DNA of 64,000 nucleotides from contig NIVC01003499.1 of the NCBI GenBank assembly GCA_002269645.1, positions 1 to 64,000 on the forward strand. Direction: 5' to 3'. Below are positions 1 through 9,000 of this stretch, piece by piece. This DNA is from Macrostomum lignano. Taxonomy: Eukaryota. Positions within the stretch are counted from its first letter, which is position 1. Each line of letters opens with the position of its first letter. The notes under the pieces were generated by a model. That model saw only the letters and a list, made by a program, of their open reading frames with translations. It made no database searches and was not told the DNA's origin. The translations under genes were made by a program, and so were the position numbers.

Positions 1-3000
1 ACCTCGGAGCTCGACAGGCGACAGGCGCACGAGGCAGCTGTGGCGCTACAGGCAGGTCATCTCCGTGGAGCACGCGGTGCAGACCTTCCGCGGAGCTGGG
101 CGTCGAGGAACAGAGGCGGCACGCCCTCATCGAGGCCGTCACTCGCTGGGAGTTCGCGCTGAGGCACCTGCGGTCTCTGCCGGCTCTGCTGCAGCTGTGA
201 AGGACGTGTGCCGCTTGGAAGCTGAATTTGAGCATGGATAAAGCTAAGCAGCAATTCCTGCGTGTGGTTGGCAGGAATGAGAGTAGGCATTGTCTGCTGT
301 TGCGACTTTCTAGTCATGGACTCATGTCTTAGTTCATCTGGGGCCTGTGCTATAGTAAATTTATATTAAACTCCTAAATAAGAGTAATTCTAGTCGTAAT
401 TCAAAAACAACAAGTTTTATTACCCTGTGAAAGAGGCTGGCGTGAGATACGAGCGCGTAAGCAATAAAACCATTTTAGGCTACAAGCCTACGAATTTAAT
501 TAAGTTGATAGACAAGTCAATAGAAAATGGTTTAACTGCTATCGTAGTTAATTGCTCCCATTTGATATAAACAACTAACACTCGTATAAGAAATATCGTG
601 TAGGAAGGGTCTGCTTGATTCTCATTGATCCGAAATTGTGATAGTACGAAATTCTTCGAAAAAGCTTGTCCTTTGCTTAAATTGCCTGTATATCTTTAGA
701 CACGCACTCCTAAAATTCACTCGTAAACGGCAACTCTTAGCTTCTAGCTCCTACTCCCCGCTTCTTATTCTATAGCACGCGACAAACCTTAATGAGGTCT
801 CCTAAATTCACCAAGGAGTCCTCCTACGTGCTTAAAAGGAGCCTCCTAGCTCTTAAAATTTACTCTTGATTCTATAGCACAGAAAAGCCATCTAGGAGCA
901 GGAGCTAGGACTTAGGACACTTCTTAAGGATAGACGAGTATTCTATAGTACGCGGCACTACTAAGGATTCCGTAAGTGTTGATTTTGGAGGTGAGGTGGT
1001 GTCAACCCTCCTCGCCTCTCATTGGCTGGCGCCCCGATCACTAGGTGATCGATACCCGTATCGATATCGGCGCTCGGCGCGCGCGCGCGCGCCGCAGGCG
1101 CAAGCGCCGCAGGCGACCCTCCCAGCCGCAGGCGCACCTACCGATATTAGATCCCAATAAATCAATCAGATCCCAAATCAATCAGATCCCAAATCAATCA
1201 GATCCCAAGCGCACCCACCGAGCCGCAGGCGCCCATGCAGCAGGCGCCCCTCCCCGCCGCACGCGCCCTCCCCCGACATGTATGCCGCAGGCGCCCCCCG
1301 TCTCAGGCGCCCCTCCCGATATGTATGCGCACTCTCCCTATATGTACACCGATATGTATGCAGCAGGCGCCCGAGTGTACACTCCCCGATATGTGTGTAC
1401 ACCGATATGTAGTCATCGATACGGGCCTTTTCCCTCTCTCACCTACATCTCAACTAGCGAAATCGAACCCAGGTCCGCCCATACTAGGACACTACACGGT
1501 TGGGGTATAGGGAGCGAGAAGTTTCAACCCTAACGCTGACGCAGCCCTGTACAGTGAGAGTGTACGGGCAGAGAGGGTGGCGCGGACAGAGAACCAGCCA
1601 CTAGTTGTTATACTGTTGAAGCATAGGGAGCGAGAAGTTTTAACCCGATGCTGACGCAGCCCTGTACACTGAGCGTGTACGGGCAGAGGGTGGGTGGAAA
1701 GAGATGTGAATAACACAGCCTGCTGCAGGAGCCGGATAGAGAGGCGCATGCTAGGACAGAGAGGTAGTGTGAGTCACACACACACCCCACAGAGAAAGCC
1801 ATACAGAGGATAGAGAGCTCCCCCCAGTTGCAGGGGACAGAGAGGCAGGCTGGGTATGCAGGGGCATGCGAACCGTCAAGGGCCACGCGAGGATAGAGTG
1901 GAGGAGCAGAGATGTGTTTGGACAGAGAGCCAGCCACGTGTGCGTAGTGTGAGGAACAGAAACATATGGAGCAGGAGGGAGATAGGAAGCAAACGCGCAG
2001 GGTAAGGGAGCCACACAGGGCGGTACAGTGAGACACGGGCAGGGGTGGAGCCGTGCGTGGACAGAGCTGAACGGCACGGTCAGCTGCAGGAATAGGATGA
2101 TAGAGAGGCGCGGAGGGGGACAGAGAGCAGTGTGCAGGGTAGGCAGCCACGCAGGCTGGGGAACAGAGAGGCGCGTGTCAGCCAGTTGCAGCCCGGGACA
2201 GAGAAGTATGAAGGGGCCTGGGACAGAGTTCCGAGCAAGGCACAGAGGTAGGGTCCTGTAGCTATGTATAGGCAGGGAGCCACGCGAGGGCAGGACAGGG
2301 GAGCAGACATGCAAGTTGCATGCAAGGCCAGAGAGGTGTGCGCGGAGGGAGACAGAGAGCAGTGTGTAGGGGTAGGTAACAGCAAACTTTAGTAGCGGCG
2401 CGTGCGGGACGGAGAAACCAGTCAGAGCATACAGAGACGTTACAGAGAGGTACACAAGCAGAGACCAAAGCGAGCAGAGCACATGTGTAGGGACAGAGAC
2501 GTGAGGGAGAATCGACCAAAACACGCTATGTATTTTCAAAAGTTGGTTTTAGTGCAACATGTTTAATAGTGGGTAGTATAATAGTATGTACATAGTAGGT
2601 ATAATAGTAGTAATAATAGTAAGCATATTAGCCCAAAAGGTAGACTAAAACAGGCTAAACTGTGTGTACGCATCCTCATCACCCCACAAGCCCCCTCTCC
2701 CGCCAGACTCACTCTACCAAACCCTCCTGTATTGCTGCATGAAGGAAAATATAGTGTAAAAATACAGATCTTAACCGTCAGACCGCTGAAATCAGGGCAC
2801 ACTAGAGGGGTTTCGGGGTCTGCATGCTCTATGTAAGCTGCTTGAGGAGGTTCCAAGGGCGTTGTGAGGGTTTCCATTATGTTTTGAAAAAAACTAGAGG
2901 CTTAAATACAACGTTTTATTCAAAAGTAGGTTATTTTAATGAAATAGCTGACACAATCATTGTCGAGAGTAGAAATTTTTATAAGAAACCAGGCATTTTA

Positions 3001-6000
3001 GCAAAAATAAACCTTCAAACCACATAAAATTGAATAAAAAGCAGACATTTTCAATTATAAACCGCAAGTATTTTAATAGAAAAGTAAGCAAACAAGGCAC
3101 AAAACCAGCAAATTTTACCTTTTTATTTTAATGTTACTGATAAGGTAGAGAGTAGAAACTTGTGAGCTGTACGGAGTTAGAAAGTATTAACCATTATGTA
3201 TCGTATGAATTATTAGTTCAGTACCAGCCATTGGTCAAGCGAGCATTTATGAAGTTATTACGAGTGATGAAGGGATAGAGAGCTATATACAGGAAGACAG
3301 TATCCTTCTAAACCACACGAACAGATTGCTAATAGAGATAAGCTTTGTCTGTGTGCAGTATGAGTAAGCGAAGGCGGGGCAAATACTTTTCCACATGCCG
3401 GACAGAACAGTATTGTGCTAGGATTTCTCTCGAAATCGCGGTACGTTACTAGTTTTTATCACACCATCCAGATGCGTCAACTAGTCAGCAGTAGTCATTT
3501 ATATGTTATTAGAACTTACAAACCCAGGTCAAGTAAATATTACAAAGAGTATATTACGTACACACGCCAACTCGAATACCAAGCCATACTAGTCTACTTG
3601 CAGTGCTCCTGGAGGGAAGGGACGGCGGGGTGTACATCCGGCAGGGTGGGCGTCCAGCGAGTGTACATCTGACAGGATGGGTGTTCAGCAAGTGTACATC
3701 TGACAGGGTGGGCGTTCAGCAAGTGTACCTTCAGCGTCGAGTAGGTGTACACCCGTCAGTGGGAACTCAGCCCCTCCCACCAATGTCGTGTGCATGCGGT
3801 TAGTCAGTATAGTGGTGGGGTAGACGGTGCAGGAAGGAAACCCAGATGCTGACGCTGCCCTGTACAGCGAGCAACCAGCCCTCCTGTAGCAGGAGGGGGA
3901 CAGAGAGTGCGTGGAGGCAGTAGGAGATAGAGGACGCTACCCGGCATGTCGCAGCACGCGGCGCGGGACAGAGAGGCAGTGTGTAAGTCACCCCCGCGAG
4001 GACAGAGAGCTCCCTGGCAGGAGGCGCGGGACAGAGAGGCGGTGAATCACACCCCACGGAGAGAGCCGTACAACGAGCTTCCCCACCCGAGTCCGGTAAA
4101 TATTACAGAGTATTACGTGCACACGCCAGCCCTGAATACCAAGCCATACTAGTCTACCTGCAGTGCTCCCAGAGGGAAGGGATGGTCAGGAGTTACACAC
4201 CAAGAATGCATTCATACAAAGAGTACACAACTCGAGCCAGACACCAAGTCACAGTCTACTTACAGTAGAGATGGTAGATTAATAGCAAGATTATATTACA
4301 ATTAGACCTCCCTAGCACATGAGGAGTGAAATTCAATAATAATTGAATTCAATAATAATACAACATTTAGACGTAGTAATTTAATTACAAAATACCACTA
4401 ACACTGAGCCAACGAATTGTAGGTTACAAAGGAGTTGCCACTCATATGGAAAGCCAGTATAATGCAGGTGTATATTATTAAAACATAGACAAAAACGATG
4501 CAGACGTATATACACACTATTGATTTTGTACATGTACATTTCGGCATATTACCACACATCGCAGGCACATATTATATATCGGGGATAGGTTAAAATACAC
4601 ACATCGTAGATGTAGAAGCAGACACAATGCAGGAAAATTATGATACGAGTGTACATATTAGTGCGTAAAAGTATCATATTATGACACCCTGTAGCACATA
4701 TTGACATAATGCAGGGGAAAATATTGACAGAAATAGTACACAATTGTAGAGGTAACAACCCGCCAACTAGTAAGGACATCCAGCACTTGTTCAGGTTTTT
4801 ATTATTTCGAGACGAGTGTCATGCCCCCGCAAGAGATCTTATCAGAAATTTGTTGAACTCCACTGCAACTCTCCCCAGAGCCTCCAAATGTGAGTTTTTA
4901 ACCCAGGGTCGAGTACAAAGGACCCGCCCACTCTTAACCCCAAGGGGTGATCGTAGCGGAGACCAAGTACAGTGCGGACGGAGAGGGGTAACAGAAAGCG
5001 CTGCATCAGACCGCAGGGCTGCATTCCTCCCCCGAGGTAGGCGCGTCAGCTCCCACTCCTCATTTAACCATCAAGTAAACTAAAGAAGTCAAGCAGAAAG
5101 CCTTACAATCACCCGCAACCAGCACAAGTAAGAGTACTTTCCACTAGAGAGCCATAGTGCAAGATTCGCGAGCCAAGTTGAAGAAGCACACCAAATTACA
5201 CTAAAGACATATGTATTAAAAAGCATACCGGCACCTCTACAAAAACACAGTATGTACCGATTAAAGTTGCTTTTGGTGCAGTGTATTTAATAAAAAGCAG
5301 GTACCTAACACAAAAGTAGGCATCAATGCAGTGCACGGGCTAAACTGTATTTACAAACGCAGGGCAACGAACTACACACAATGTAGCGCATAGACATAAT
5401 TGTACGCATAAATGTACGCAATTTCCGGTATATAGGACCAAATGTACACAATGTACACAAACACACACACACACACACACTCAGGCGCATCCTGCAGCGC
5501 ATCCTGCAGCACCGATCGCCGCAGGCGATGGCGCCATCGGCAGGAAGCTCTTGCTGTGAATACGCCTGAGTGTGTGTGTGTGTGTTTGTGTACATTGTGT
5601 ACATTTGGTCCTATATACCGGAAATTGCGTACATTTATGCGTACAATTATGTCTATGCGCTACATTGTGTGTAGTTCGTTGCCCTGCGTTTGTAAATACA
5701 GTTTAGCCCGTGCACTGCATTGATGCCTACTTTTGTGTTAGGTACCTGCTTTTTATTAAATACACTGCACCAAAAGCAACTTTAATCGGTACATACTGTG
5801 TTTTTGTAGAGGTGCCGGTATGCTTTTTAATACATATGTCTTTAGTGTAATTTGGTGTGCTTCTTCAACTTGGCTCGCGAATCTTGCACTATGGCTCTCT
5901 AGTGGAAAGTACTCTTACTTGTGCTGGTTGCGGGTGATTGTAAGGCTTTCTGCTTGACTTCTTTAGTTTACTTGATGGTTAAATGAGGAGTGGGAGCTGA

Positions 6001-9000
6001 CGCGCCTACCTCGGGGGAGGAATGCAGCCCTGCGGTCTGATGCAGCGCTTTCTGTTACCCCTCTCCGTCCGCACTGTACTTGGTCTCCGCTACGATCACC
6101 CTTGGGTTAAGAGTGGGCGGGTCCTTTGTACTCGACCCTGGGTTAAAAACTCACATTTGGAGGCTCTGGGGAGAGTTGCAGTGGAGTTCAACAAATTTCT
6201 GATAAGATCTCTTGCGGGGGCATGACACTCGTCTCGAAATAATAAAAACCTGAACAAGTGCTGGATGTCCTTACTAGTTGGCGGGTTGTTACCTCTACAA
6301 TTGTGTACTATTTCTGTCAATATTTTCCCCTGCATTATGTCAATATGTGCTACAGGGTGTCATAATATGATACTTTTACGCACTAATATGTACACTCGTA
6401 TCATAATTTTCCTGCATTGTGTCTGCTTCTACATCTACGATGTGTGTATTTTAACCTATCCCCCGATATATAATATGTGCCTGCGATGTGTGGTAATATG
6501 CCGAAATGTACATGTACAAAATCAATAGTGTGTATATACGTCTGCATCGTTTTTGTCTATGTTTTAATAATATACACCTGCATTATACTGACTTTCCATA
6601 TGAGTGACAACTCCTTTGTAACCTACAATTCGTTGGCTCAGTGTTAGTGGTATTTTGTAATTAAATTACTACGTCTAAATGTTGTATTATTATTGAATTC
6701 AATTATTATTGAATTTCACTCCTCATGTGCTAGGGAGGTCTAATTGTAATATAATCTTGCTATTAATCTACCATCTCTACTGTAAGTAGACTGTGACTTG
6801 GTGTCTGGCTCGAGTTGTGTACTCTTTGTATGAATGCATTCTTGGTGTGTAACTCCTGACCATCCCTTCCCTCTGGGAGCACTGCAGGTAGACTAGTATG
6901 GCTTGGTATTCAGGGCTGGCGTGTGCACGTAATACTCTGTAATATTTACCGGACTCGGGTGGGGAAGCTCGTTGTACGGCTCTCTCCGTGGGGTGTGATT
7001 CACCGCCTCTCTGTCCCGCGCCTCCTGCCAGGGTAGCTCTCTGTCCCTCCGCGGGGGTGACTTACACACTGCCTCTCTGTCCCGCGCCGCGTGCTGCGAC
7101 ATGCCGGGTAGCGTCCTCTATCTCCTACTGCCTCCACGCACTCTCTGTCCCCCTCCTGCTACAGGAGGGCTGGTTGCTCGCTGTACAGGGCAGCGTCAGC
7201 ATCTGGGTTTCCTTCCTGCACCGTCTACCCCACCACTATACTGACTAACCGCATGCACACGACATTGGTGGGAGGGGCTGAGTTCCCACTGACGGGTGTA
7301 CACCTACTCGACGCTGAAGGTACACTTGCTGAACGCCCACCCTGTCAGATGTACACTTGCTGAACACCCATCCTGTCAGATGTACACTCGCTGGACGCCC
7401 ACCCTGCCGGATGTACACCCCGCCGTCCCTTCCCTCCAGGAGCACTGCAAGTAGACTAGTATGGCTTGGTATTCGGAGTTGGCGTGTGTACGTAATATAC
7501 TCTTTGTAATATTTACTTGACCTGGGTTTGTAAGTTCTAATAACATATAAATGACTACTGCTGACTAGTTGACGCATCTGGATGGTGTGATAAAAACTAG
7601 TAACGTACCGCGATTTCGAGAGAAATCCTAGCACAATACTGTTCTGTCCGGCATGTGGAAAAGTATTTGCCCCGCCTTCGCTTACTCATACTGCACACAG
7701 ACAAAGCTTATCTCTATTAGCAATCTGTTCGTGGTGGTTTAGAAGGATACTGTCTTCCTGTATATAGCTCTCTATCCCTTCATCACTCGTAATAACTTCA
7801 TAAATGCTCGCTTGACCAATGGCTGGTACTGAACTAATAATTCATACGATACATAATGGTTAATACTTTCTAACTCCGTACAGCTCACAAGTTTCTACTC
7901 TCTACCTTATCAGTAACATTAAAATAAAAAGGTAAAATTTGCTGGTTTTGTGCCTTGTTTGCTTACTTTTCTATTAAAATACTTGCGGTTTATAATTGAA
8001 AATGTCTGCTTTTTATTCAATTTTATGTGGTTTGAAGGTTTATTTTTGCTAAAATGCCTGGTTTCTTATAAAAATTTCTACTCTCGACAATGATTGTGTC
8101 AGCTATTTCATTAAAATAACCTACTTTTGAATAAAACGTTGTATTTAAGCCTCTAGTTTTTTTTTCAAAACATAATGGAAACCCTCACAACGCCCTTGGA
8201 ACCTCCTCAAGCAGCTTACATAGAGCATGCAGACCCCGAAACCCCCTCTAGTGTGCCCTGATTTCAGCGGTCTGACGGTTAAGATCTGTATTTTTACACT
8301 ATATTTTCCTTCATGCAGCAATACAGGAGGGTTTGGTAGAGTGAGTCTGGCGGGAGAGGGGGCTTGTGGGGTGATGAGGATGCGTACACACAGTTTAGCC
8401 TGTTTTAGTCTACCTTTTGGGCTAATATGCTTACTATTATTACTACTATTATACCTACTATGTACATACTATTATACTACCCACTATTAAACATGTTGCA
8501 CTAAAACCAACTTTTGAAAATACATAGCGTGTTTTGGTCGATTCTCCCTCACGTCTCTGTCCCTACACATGTGCTCTGCTCGCTTTGGTCTCTGCTTGTG
8601 TACCTCTCTGTAACGTCTCTGTATGCTCTGACTGGTTTCTCCGTCCCCGCACGCGCCGCTACTAAAGTTTGCTGTTACCTACCCCTACACACTGCTCTCT
8701 GTCTCCCTCCGCGCACACCTCTCTGGCCTTGCATGCAACTTGCATGTCTGCTCCCCTGTCCTGCCCTCGCGTGGCTCCCTGCCTATACATAGCTACAGGA
8801 CCCTACCTCTGTGCCTTGCTCGGAACTCTGTCCCAGGCCCCCCTTCATACTTCTCTGTCCCGGGCTGCAACTGGCTGACACGCGCCTCTCTGTTCCCCAG
8901 CCTGCGTGGCTGCCTACCCCTGCACACTGCTCTCTGTCCCCCTCCGCGCCTCTCTATCATCCTATTCCTGCAGCTGACCGTGCCGTTCAGCTCTGTCCAC

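Noticed and set aside
5488-5562. Palindrome as a missed-adapter or amplification foldback artifact
   Set aside because: The spacer is not an adapter. Both arms end precisely at transposon-like termini, with continuous host sequence and TSDs beyond, and the arms differ by substitutions. Not fully excluded without raw reads.
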